The notes under the pieces are model-generated. The model worked only from the letters and a program-made list of their open reading frames with translations. It was not told where the DNA came from and ran no database searches. DNA of 64,000 nucleotides from assembly GCA_016748015.1 (NCBI GenBank), contig JAAOMT010000222.1, positions 499,924 to 563,923 of the forward strand, given 5' to 3'. Positions 43,560 through 55,036 of this stretch are shown one piece after another. Each line of letters begins with the position of its first letter. Position 1 is the first letter of the stretch. The stretch comes from Geosiphon pyriformis uo1. Taxonomy: Eukaryota; Fungi; Glomeromycota. Made by a program: the position numbers and the translations under genes.

Positions 43560-46500
43560 TCAATATTGAGCTTTATCAAAATTTCTTAAATTTCTTAAAT
43601 CTATACTAGTACACAAGTAAGATTTCAATCTAATAACAGTTTTTCTCAGATATTTAAGATCAAATCTTGTATTAGTATTATGTATACATTCTGGTATAAT
43701 ATTCTTATTATTATTACTAAACCATTTAAGTTTTTGCTTTTGTAAAAGATTTAAAAGTGTAATATATTGTTCAAAGTTTTTATTGAAGTTTGAATTGTTG
43801 TTATTATTATTACTATTATAAGTAGAATTGAAACTGTTGTTGTCATTATAATTAAAATCTGAATCACAATTGAATTTTGATTTCAATTCTAATGTATATT
43901 TACTGATTGGCTTTTTTTTTCAGAGATTGAATAGATTATGTATAATAGTAAATTGTAGATAAAATCACAATTATCACAATATTTGAAGTCATTTAGAATT
44001 AAACAATATTTACAGAGTCTTATATTTAATTGTTTAAACACTGCTCTTGCTTTTCTTTAGTGAGTGCTAAATCTTGATATATTTGTGGAATTGTTTTGAA
44101 TCACTCAGAATGTCAATAAATGTGTCTAGATTGGAAATAAAAATAGTTTTAACTAATTCTGATGGATTATTTTTATTATAAGTATTTTTATTGAGTAAAG
44201 TGCTTTCAATTTTAACACTTGCTATTTACTAAATTTTATTTTTGTCATGTGAATAGCTATTTAAACATAAAAGTGCTCAGTTTTATGCATTGTTAAAAGG
44301 TGTTTCTTAGCTTATCCAATCACTTATAATAATTATATATTAACATAATGTGTTATTTATTTATTTTTAATTAAGAATGTTATTTCACATTTTTTTATCA
44401 AGTAGTATTTTTCTACAAGCAAAACATGATTTAGTGTTTCATTTTTTTTGTTATTTTAAATAACCAAAGCATTTTTTATAACATGGTTTGCAATAATAGT
44501 GGGTGTATGTCTAGTAATCTTTATCTAATAAGATCCAAGCTTTTATAGAAGAAAGTTTTTTCTTGTAGTCAATATACTTAAGTAAAATATATAATAGTTC
44601 TTTTCTTGTATCCATAAAGTATGATTTATTTCACCCACTGGTTATTTTTTCAGTGGCTGTAGTAGCTTCTAATTTGTCTTTTTTTTTTTGCTTTTATTAT
44701 CTTAAAAAAATATTAGCAGTAATTTATTGTGCTTGTTTTTAACTCATAAGACTTAATATGCTTTCCAAGTAGGTTTTTTTTTTCTTCTTTCAACTTAATT
44801 AATAATTGCTTTCTTAAAAGAACTTTAAAGTGTCTACAAGTAGTAAACATTTAAGTATGCTAATTATTAAATATTAACTAAAACTTTTGGATATTCCAGT
44901 TAAATATGGCATTGGTTTTGAACAGCCAGTCCTTACTAATAAAAGCTTGGTATTATATGGCTTTTATTATCAACACTTTGATTAGTGCTGTAATATTATT
45001 AACTTCAAATAAGAAGTTATTAATTTTACCAATGAGAGTTTTTATTACTTCATTGGCTGTAATAATTCTAGTGCTGACAACATAATTAACTCAATAACTT
45101 AATTGGTTCATGAATTGTTATGTAATAATGTTGTTTGCTGAACTATTATCAAGAATTAATTTGATAAATCAGCTATTGATTTTAGCATCAGTATATATAG
45201 TAGTAATTAGTTTGGCATTGAGAGTGGCTTTACTAAATAATAGTATTTCTAATTAGATTTCTAATTCAAAGAAAAAAATAGCAGCAAGTGATTTGTTTTC
45301 TACAATAGTTGCTGATAGAATATTGTGGATAAGTGGTGTTTTTGAATTAGTTTCTAAGTTGTTAAATGAATTGGCTTTTGGGATAACTAGAAGACTTAAA
45401 TAGTTCTGAAAATTTGAGTTTTAAATATACTTACTTTTTGAATTCTATTGGCATAATTCTGATAATTGGTTAAAGAAACTGAAAATTAGTTGATATATAA
45501 TCATTATTAATTCCCAATTTTACTAAGTATAAATAATTTTCAGCCTTAGATTTCCAGTTGGTATTAGTATAGTTATTTGAGATAACACTTGAATTTGTTG
45601 GAGTTAATAAATTATTTGCAACTGTGGTTAATATATTACTAGTACTAAAGTCTAATAAACAAAAAATATATATATTGGTTGTTGTATCATTGGTGCATAA
45701 TGGAGTTGGTATTGTTTTTAATTTTGAATATAATTCGAAGTTTAAAACCAGCTATTGGGGTTTCAATATTAATTTTCTAATTATTGATTATTTAATTTTA
45801 AGCAGCAGTTTAATTTTAAGTGTTTTTGTTTATCACAATAGTGGCAGATACATGTTTTTTGCTACCATAATTAATTGGCTGATGAAAATAATAGACATGA
45901 TTGATTTTGGAAATGATTAGAGTTTTTTTAATTGTTATAGTATTATAAAGACTAATAGATTGCTTGATTATTAACTAAATATCTCTCAATTTTTTGATTA
46001 ATGGTTTTATCAAATTGCTTCAATTTGGTATCTAATTTAAATAATCTGTTTATTACTAAATTTATGGCTTGGACATGGTTGGCTTTAAGTTTGGCTGATT
46101 TAAAATCTCAGACATGTATAACTGTGTTTTGGAAAATATTTAGATGTATTGGACATACTTATTGTAACAAATTACTGTGTAATTTACAAATAAACTGGTT
46201 CAAAATCTGTGTTTCTGTAAAATAATTAGCTTAAATTACCTGTATTTGGTGCAGATTTTTGTAAAAATGTCTCAAGTAAGTGATAATTACTTCAGTATTA
46301 TCTTGTTTAATTATAGTAAAACTAGTTAACAAGCAATTTAAACTGTTATTATTACTGAAATAGCATAAAAATGCAGTTTTAAATCTATTGAAATCTTGAA
46401 ATTTGTTTACAAGATTTTGATATTATGAATTGGCAGTATTTTGAAGAAAGTATGGAATGGCTTAAATTGCTTTAGTGTTACTATTTGTTAACTGTGATGG

Positions 46501-47448
46501 CTTTTTCTACATAATTTAGTCATGCTTAAGCATTGTTCTCTTTACTAGTAAATTTTTTTAATTTAGCAATGAGTGTATATGTTATTGGTACAAGTTGTTA
46601 TTATTGTAATTGTTGTTAAAATTGTTGTTATTGTGTGACAATTGGTGCAACTGGTAAATCAATTACAATTACTGGAAATAAGTTTGATTAAATAATAGGA
46701 GCAGAATTTGAATTGTTTAGGTTTTGCAGAATTTGAACAATTGAAGTTTATATTTCTGGATTATTTGTGATTGAATTTTAATTATTATTTTTCTGATTAC
46801 TGTTTTTTTTTTCTGAATTGGTATCTTTCTAATTACTGGTAAATTCGAAATTTGGTTGAGGTAGTAATAATCAAAATTCTGATAGTATTAATAATTGTGA
46901 TTTAAATTTTTCAAAAAAATTGTCATATGTTCTTAATAATTTGATTATTTTGAAACAATACTTTGAATAATAGTGTTTTTGCAGTTAATAGTAATACTGA
47001 TCTTAATAGTATGTGTATAGTACTTTCTGGTATATAATTATAACAAATGAATAGATAAAATAACTCTTGGTTTTTTTTAAGTAGGTGGTTGTATTTTTTT
47101 TATTGTTTCTGCTAATGTTTGTAATTTTTCTTTGTCTGCAAAAGTAATAAAAAATTTTTGCTGAGTGTATTTTCCAATTTTTTTGTTTATTTTTGTGATT
47201 AATAATGTAGATAAATAATTTAGTAAAAATGTGGTGTTTTGAAATAATTTACTATAGAAATTATTAAAAGTGGCTTCTGGATTTCTTTGGTCTCTTAAGT
47301 AAGATTTAATTTTTTCATTAATATAGAAATTGAAAGCTAATTCTGCTGGTCAATAGTTACTTGTTAGTTTTAAATGAATTTGGTAATATTGCAATAAAGA
47401 TTTTATAAATTTTAAATAATTTTCATATATGATTTTTTGGTCTGCCAT
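43560..47448 (-). pseudogene. gag: Element E Gag, PR, Cys-rich insert and 5' dUTPase fused to the ORF3 tail
   Basis: Degenerate homology to B/D ORF1; ORF 43560-43886 reads ...TRFDLKY...CTSIDL|RNLRNFDKAQY*. Confidence 0.82.
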
Positions 47449-47512
47449 TTTTTTGGATGATTGTTGTTGGTACTGGTTTTTTGTTAGATTATATCTTACA
47501 AAAAGCACCAAA

Positions 47513-48416
47513 TATTATAGGTGATTATTTAAGATGTTAGAACAAATAACAAATCTGTAATTTGGTATTTAATAGCTGGTAATATTGGTAATTTCTAAAG
47601 GTTTTGGTTGAGTTTTTTGTATAATAGAGATAAATTTAATTAATAATTTTTTCTGTGAATTTTGTTCTTTAGTATAATGGCCAGTTTATTTTGGCAGTTA
47701 TGCTCTTTTGGTAAGCTATCTTTAACTTTTTATCCTTATTTTCAGATTTTTTACCAGGCTATTCTTGAAGTCAAATACTCAGCACTTAATTTCTTTAATC
47801 AATTAGTAAACAACAAAAAAACAAAACAACAAAAAATAATAAAAAATAAAAAATTAGTATTCTATTAATAGTCATAATTAAAAGCTATTGGTTTAGTGTA
47901 ATTAAGTATTAAATTCTATTAACATTAAGTATTAATAGTGTGAAATTAATTAATATTTTTTAATCAAGTAATAGTAATATGAATTTAAGTAATAATTAAT
48001 ATTTTATTAATATATGATTTAATTCTATTTTAAGTTGTAAAAAACTACCTTTTAAAAGAAGAAATATTGGTAATTAATGAGTTTTAACTAATTTGTTCAT
48101 ATTAATTCTGTCTTTTTTACTTCTAATACTTTTGCTATATATATATAATTTTTGTTATACAAAATCTCATATTTTTTTGAGCAATGTGTTTTATTTTCTC
48201 TGACAATATGCTTATTGCTAAGCAATATGTCATGATTTTCTGACAATATACTCATTGCTGAACAGTGTGCCATAATTCATTGACAATATGCCTATTATTA
48301 AGCAATATGTCATAATTTTCTAATATTGTGCTTTTTTTACTATGTATTTTATCTATTAGTCTATTTTTCTATTTGTTTTTTCTACTTTCTTTTTTGTACT
48401 TTTTTTATAAATAACA
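47513..48416 (-). repeat. Element E 5' LTR with ~38-bp U3 tandem repeats (~48180-48325)
   Basis: Repeat core CAATATGCTTATTGCTAAGCAATATGTCAT; + strand ends TAACA. Confidence 0.88.
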
Positions 48417-48420
48417 ATGA

Positions 48421-48720
48421 ATATTTTTAACAAAACTGTTGATAGGCTGGAACAAAAAATAATTGCTTTGAAAATTAAGTATAATTATAAAAATATTATT
48501 ATGTTTAATTCTTATAAGATTTTGTTTTCTGTTAATAATAATGTTTTTTCTAATTTAATGTTTCTTTAGAAACATAAATTTGCTGCTGTTAAGACTAATG
48601 CCATAAAAACGGCTGAATGGTTGGTTAAATTAGTTAATAATAGTGCTATATTGTTTGAAATTGTTCAAAAAATGTCTTTTTTGAGTAAGTTTTTTTCTAA
48701 AGTATTAATATAACATAGTC
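48421..48720 (+). pseudogene. Decayed LINE-like ORF1, segment 4 (C-terminal coiled-coil-like part)
   Basis: Continues across E: LKVNKTIIY(MG)|IFNKTVDRLEQKIIALK. Confidence 0.55.
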
Positions 48721-49769
48721 TAAACTGGCTCAAATAGTTAGTTATATATAAAAAGTACATAGGCTATACTTAGTTTAAAGTTAATTTGTTCTAAAATACT
48801 AAATAGTAATTGAATTATACTTGTTAAACTTATTAAAAAAAAATAAGTTAAGAAATAAGATTTAAATATTAAAATATTTTAATCAATTTAAAATTTTTTA
48901 TTATAACAAATAGTTACTAATAGTTAATAAACCAAATAATAATTATATTATAAAGTTTTTTATTATTAATATTAATAAAAGTTATTACAAAAACTAAAGC
49001 AGTTTTCTAGTTAAATTGGCTAAAAAATAGCAATTTTACTTATTAAACTATTTTTTTAATTAATCTGTAATTTTTTTAAATATTTTGTTTTTTTATAATA
49101 TTTTTTTATTGTAACATATAATATTTAATAAAAGTCTCTGAATAATATTATAAAAGTTTAATAGTATTTATAGTTTTGCAAAAAAATAGTTTATATATAT
49201 ATTTTAAGACTATATATTTAGCTATTTTTTTTTGTTTACTCAAACCTATTAAAATTGTTTTATATCTTATTTTAAAAACTATATTTATTAAAAATATTAA
49301 TACTTAAACTATTTAAATTATTAAATTCTATTATTTTGGATTTTAAATCTTTAATAATATTAAATATTAAATTTATTTTAGTAAATTAAAAAGTAGAATT
49401 ATTATATATATATAGTTTTATATATCTTTTTAATTAATCATTAAACTCAAACAAGTTTATAAACTTTGAATTAGACCCAAACTAAATTCAAACTTGTCAA
49501 AAAAGTTTCAACTTTGAATTTAAATTAAATCTACTTTGAAAATTTGGTTTAGTTTAATTTGATTTATTATTCAAACTGAACTCAAATAGTCTTTAAAATT
49601 CAGTTCAGTTTAGCTTATCAGTTTTCTATTTAATACAATCTGGTAATTTGTTAATTATAGAAATAGTAATAATAATAAAGTTAACAGTTTAATAATAATA
49701 TCATTATAAGATTTTACAGAATATTTTATCACTGCAAAAAATTATTGTTTCATATATATTGTATGTTAT

Positions 49770-50083
49770 TTATTATTATTGTAACATGTTACAATCAAAT
49801 GTTAAACGCGCATATGCAATACTAACTGATTCAAAATAGTTATTACTTTTAATTTATTAAAAAAAAATTTTTTTTAATTAAATTTTTAAATTAAAAAATG
49901 AATATAATATGCAGAAAATAAATCAATAAAAATGTAACTTTGTTATTTTTTTATCACAACATATTGTTATTACTATCCGTTTTCATTTTTTATTCTTGGC
50001 CGGTGAACTATCCACAGCAGATTCATCAATAGCTTTGCGATACCCAAAAGTCTTAGGTCTGTGTTCCAGAAGTGACTTAATAT
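49770..50083. repeat. Left arm of a long inverted repeat
   Basis: Reverse complement of 52213-52427, e.g. TTCTTGGCCGGTGAACTATCCACAGCAG and AACGCGCATATGCAATACTAACT. Confidence 0.93.
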
Positions 50084-52093
50084 GATTCGTAAGGTTTATA
50101 ATACGATACTGTACATAGATATTAGTTAAAAAAGTAGTGATTTTTATATATGCTATAATAAGAAAGATAAATAATACCTTAAATGCTAGCATTGCTTTAA
50201 TGATGCTCGAAAGTTCATTTAATTGATTTGTGGTGTTAGGAATAGTAAAACCATTAACCTGGTCAACCAAATAAAGACCATTGACCCAATGAGCAGAATA
50301 TATGAAAAAGTCTCTCTCTAAATTAAAAGTATGTAATGAGAATCAAAAGTATAATTATAAGAGGAAAAAACTTTTAAAATATGTATTGAGATACATACTG
50401 TATACTTGTATACCAAACGTTTCTAATTGCTCAAGATCTTTCTTCGGAACTTTTCTTTCTAATAATAATTTTCGCAACTTGTAAAGAGATAGTTGCATCG
50501 CTAATTAAATTAAAACAAAGGATTTAACAACTTTCACTGGTAAAATCAAAAACCCCACTTTTTTTATTTACCTTTCAGCATCTTTTCTCGGTCCTCATTC
50601 AACTTATTATCGTCATNNNNNNNNNNNNNNNNNNNNNNNNNNNNNNNNNNNNNNNNNNNNNNNNNNNNNNNNNNNNNNNNNNNNNNNNNNNNNNNNNNNN
50701 NNNNNNNNNNNNNNNNNNNNNNNNNNNNNNNNNNNNNNNNNNNNNNNNNNNNNNNNNNNNNNNNNNNNNNNNNNNNNNNNNNNNNNNNNNNNNNNNNNNN
50801 NNNNNNNNNNNNNNNNNNNNNNNNNNNNNNNNNNNNNNNNNCTTTGAAATAGATATTCTGTTCTTCCTTTCTCAAATGGATTTTCATTTATTACTAACGA
50901 TATTTTATTAACGTTTGAACTAAATCCAATTGTGTGTTCTTTGATGGCTTCGTCATATTTAATTAAGAGATTCACTATGTCTGCTGGTATCGCTACTGAA
51001 AAAGAGCTAATTATTTTTTCTTCTGCCTAAAGAAAAATCATCGTAAATATTATTACTTTCTTGGTTGTATTGCTAATAAAAAAAAACACAAACCATTTGC
51101 CAGTCATGTTCAGACGTTGCCCATTCTTGACTTGTCAGAAGATTCTTTATTGGATTTTGTTTATTATCCTCGGGCAAAAAAATTATTTTATATCTCGCAA
51201 TACCTTCACCATAGTTCAGAAGCTTTTTAACAACTGGATTTGTAACTTCCTATGATGTCAGAAAATAAATTGGTAAACTCAAAACTATGCAAATTGTTAA
51301 TTTACTTTTTAATTCTGCTTTTCATTAAATACATGCCTTCATTACTTCTTTATTTGGTTCCTGTTTGGAATAATTGTGCTGATAAGATATTAAATGATTA
51401 ACAGATAAACACATAAAAAATGAAAAGACTCAACATTAAATTGGTTCCATGCTTGATCGTTGTACAAAATCTCTGTATCCTTAGTGGTAGATCTAATGTA
51501 TATTTTTGCCTGTTCAGTAACTTGAGTTGCAATCGTTAAATGTTGGTCCGCCTGATTGAAAATAAACCAGCACAAATGTTATCTGATATTTCAAGCACAT
51601 TAAAAAAATGATATTGCATTACCTTCAACGATTTCACTGTCTTCAACGTGATTATATATACGATTTGATAAATCATTTAACCAAAAATTGTCAATGCGAC
51701 CCATTTTTTTGGAATCCATCTCACAAATACAAATATATGTAAAGCAAATTATTTTTATCAAAGTGAGAAAGAACAGCAAGTTACAAGCTGGCTGTAGCAG
51801 AGGCATAGTCCATAACCATGTGGAGACGTAGTCCCATCGGTAGCTGCATGAATGTAACAAAGCTATCCAAAGAAAATTTTATACCTCGAATTGTTTCTGG
51901 AAACGTATTGCAGTCTGTTTCTCATTTCCTGAACCATGAATAGTTATATAATGTATTTGTTTTTCAATTGCTCTTGTTACAGAAGCTTTATCCATAGGGA
52001 GTTTGGCAGCTTTCCATGCCTTATGGTATTGAAGAATATCCCAATCTTCGCAAGGAGTATTTAGAAAGTAGGCCTTCCGGTGTCTGATAGCAT
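49983..52093 (-). pseudogene. Multi-exon gene or pseudogene; C-terminus resembles fungal PD-(D/E)XK (restriction-endonuclease-fold) families
   Basis: Exon-like blocks with GT..AG ends: MLSDTG/KAYFLNTPCEDWDILQYHKAW...QFE | MDSKKMGRIDNFW | ...EWATSEHDWQM | AEEKII...FEKGRTEYLFQ [N gap] DDNKLNEDREKMLK | AMQLSLYKLR...LETFGIQVY | IYSAHWVNGLYLVDQVNGFTIP...MLAFK | ...SPAKNKK*. There is an apparent frameshift in exon 1, and the catalytic core would fall in the gap. Confidence 0.6.
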
Positions 52094-52212
52094 TATTGTA
52101 ACAAATATGTCACTGTAACTTGAACTAAAATCTTAAGAACGTAACTTTTCATAAACAAATTATAAGAATTAGAAATATTGAAAGTCTTGTTAATTTCCTT
52201 AGAAAAGGAATA

Positions 52213-52427
52213 ATATTAAGTTACTTCTGGAACACTTTTGGGTATCGCAAAGCTATTGATGAATCCTGCTGTGGATAGTTCACCGGCCAAGAATAAAAAA
52301 CGAAAACGGATAATAATTAACAATATGTTGTGATAAAAAAATAACAAAGTTACATTTTTAAATAAATCATAGTTAGTATTGCATATGCGCGTTTAGCATT
52401 TGATTGTAACATGTTATAATAATAATA
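52213..52427. repeat. Right arm of the long inverted repeat (copy of the gene's last exon and 3' flank)
   Basis: Matches 49770-50083 apart from ~11-bp and ~90-bp indels. Confidence 0.93.
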
Positions 52428-52439
52428 ATTGAAATAATC

Positions 52440-52605
52440 TAAATGGAACACCCTGTTCCAGGAACTATCTTGGAAAATCATGTGACTTCTGACCCATATA
52501 TGTAATACTGTTGCTTTTTTTCGTGCAACTTGTGACTTTTTTCATGCGACGTTCGCGCTTTTTGAAGTTTTTGTGCAATAAAAGAGCCCAGAAAAGCCGA
52601 ACTTC
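52440..52605. promoter_or_regulatory. CpG-retaining promoter-like patch
   Basis: TCATGTGAC, TCGTGC and GCGACGTTCGCGC in otherwise CpG-eroded DNA; lies upstream of the - strand gene and of a short ATG-initiated + fragment at 52655. Confidence 0.35.
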
Positions 52606-53409
52606 ATATACAAAGTATGAATTATAAGTTTCAAGTGTTAAAAAGCAATAAATTATGGTAAAACTGACTATTCAAACAAAAACTATTCAAGACTGCAATT
52701 TTATTGATATTCCAGTTCAAGATATATTAATATCTTTCTTTCTTAATACCAATGCATAACTTTCTTAATATTAAAGTCTGAAATTGACAGTTATGGACCA
52801 AGAAGAAACATCTGAACAAGTGCCAATAAATAATGGTAAAAAAATCCACATTAAAATCTTAAAAAGATTTTTATTGATGAATATCTTTTTATTATGAAAA
52901 AAAGCCAATAATATTATAAAACAAGAAAGATTTAATATTGTTTAAAAAAATTGAAGCTATATTTTAAAATTTATATCAAACATTATAGTTGTAAATATAA
53001 ATTTAATAATTATTGTTAATTAAAAAAAAATCAATTTTTATAATCACTGTAATCATAAATCAAAACACCAAAATTACAAATAGCATACTAATATTAACTT
53101 TATAAAATGTTTTATTTATAATTTTTACAACTTTTATTAATATACATAATTATTTATTATATTCTAATATTTCTAAGTAAAATTTAACTTTTTATTAAAA
53201 ATAAAAATCTATTAATTAATACTTAAAAAAAGCTATTAAAAACAAAATTTTTAATTAAGTTTATTCTTAATCATAATTTTTTAAATATAATACAAAAATT
53301 TAAAGTTTATATTAATAAAAAATTAGATATATTATGAATCTAAAAAAAAATTTTTTTTTCTTTGTCCCAAATTCCCAAAAAAAAAGTTTTTACAATAAAT
53401 TTAAACCAT

Positions 53410-54122
53410 TTTTGCTTAATTACAAAACCACTATTGGCTATAGTATTATTGTTATAAAGAAGTCTGTTAAAAGCTTTGGTTTTAATGCTGGGAAGAAAAA
53501 AAAAGAAAACACTTTGAAAAATAGTACTATTAGTAAGATAATTTCTTTAGAAGAGGTAATTAGGACTTCTTAGACCTTTAATGCTAGTAATATGAAAAGA
53601 GAATTTTTAATAAAGAAAACCAGTATAAATTATAGTAAAAGAAATGTGTTTAATAAAAGTAATCCTAACCAAATACCAAAGAGACTGAGATTAATAATGA
53701 AAAAAGCTTTAGATATACTTCTGAATAAAATTGACTTTTTGGATATAGATGATAATAATATTTTTTAACTGTCTCTGTGTTTTTTTTTTTACTACTTAAA
53801 AATTTAGTTAATGTGTCTGTCAGAAAGTTATTTGTTTTGGATATTAGTTTGGACAAAATTGTTAAAAAATCTTCTTAAAAGAAGCTTATAGTAATTAGAA
53901 AGTTGTTTTTAAAAATTAATGGTTTTAGAAAAATCTCTATTTCCTCAAAATTTGCTGAAATTATCAAAGTAACATTCACTTCTAAATCAACTTGGCTTAG
54001 ACTGTTGATATGACTAAGAATGTAATGATTTTGGTAAATACCAATTTCAAAAAATCTGCTAAATGTTCAGATTAGACTGTAATTGTGAAAAAAATTCCAA
54101 TTAAAATATTAGCTAAGGCTAT
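53410..54122 (+). pseudogene. Second decayed LINE-like ORF1 fragment (left flank of F)
   Basis: Degenerate LKNLVNVSVRKLFVLDISLDKIV...RKLFLKINGF...SKFAEIIKVTF...VIVKKIPI, the same architecture type as 11368-12321. Confidence 0.55.
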
Positions 54123-54974
54123 TGTTACTCATAGAATATAGGAAATATATTAGCATATAAATTAGCCAATCAGAAATAGACATAGTAAATGTGGAATTCC
54201 AAAATTCTTCTTAAAAAAATTACAGGATTCCAGAAATTTCAGAATTCTCATATAAAAAATTGTAAAATTCTAGAATTCCAGAATTTTTCTTAAAGAAATT
54301 GCAAGATTCCAGAAATTCCAGAATTCCTGATATAAAAAATTGAGGAATAAAAAAATCTCAATTATGTATATATGGTGATAGTATTAAAAGTAGAAAAGAC
54401 AGATCTCTCAGTTTAGATTTTATCTAAGCAATTTTCTAATTCACAAATATTAATAAATAATTATTTGCTTTCTTAATCCACTTTTTATTATCAATACTTC
54501 ATATTAATAGTGGCCAATACTTAATCATGCTGGAACAATAGCTTTTAATCATGACTATTGACAGGATATTAACATTCTTTGCCTTGGCTTATTTTCTTTA
54601 TTTTCTTTTCTTTTTCTTTCTTTTGTTTTTTTTTGTATTATTGTATACTAATTAATTAAAAATTAAAGTACTAAGTTACAAATATTATAGGGTCTAGTAA
54701 AAGATCCATGAAACAAGAGTAGAAAACTTATAAATTTGAGAATAGCTTATCAGGAAAATTACCAGCCACCATGCTGAGAAAAAAATTTAACAGAATTGTG
54801 GTTTTAAGAGGCTACTAAAACAACAAATTAAATCTCTGTTCATTATACAAAAGACTCAACCAAAACCTTCAGACAATCAAAAACCTTCAAATCATAATCA
54901 TTATCACTAAGCAAAATAGCACCAAGTTATGGGTTTGTTATTTGATTTAAGATCTTAAATAAACACTTATGACA
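54123..54974 (+). repeat. Element F 5' LTR
   Basis: TGTTACTCAT...TGACA; B/D-family LTR. Confidence 0.9.
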
Positions 54975-55036
54975 TTTAGTGCTCTCTATGAGATATAATT
55001 CTACAGAGAATTAGCACTAACAACAATCATTCAAAA

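Larger units (their letters stand above)
42644..48416 (-). mobile_element. Element E: internally deleted (non-autonomous) Ty3/Gypsy-type LTR element
   Basis: LTRs 42644-43547 and 47513-48416; flanks ATAG/ATGA, both derivable from ATGG by one G>A; PBS at 47494-47510; lacks RT, RNase H and IN. Confidence 0.88.

Noticed and set aside
52655-52870. Possible + strand gene start (MVKLTIQTKTIQDCNFIDIPVQ...)
   Set aside because: It is short, has no clear splice donor or recognisable domain, and runs into eroded AT-rich DNA.
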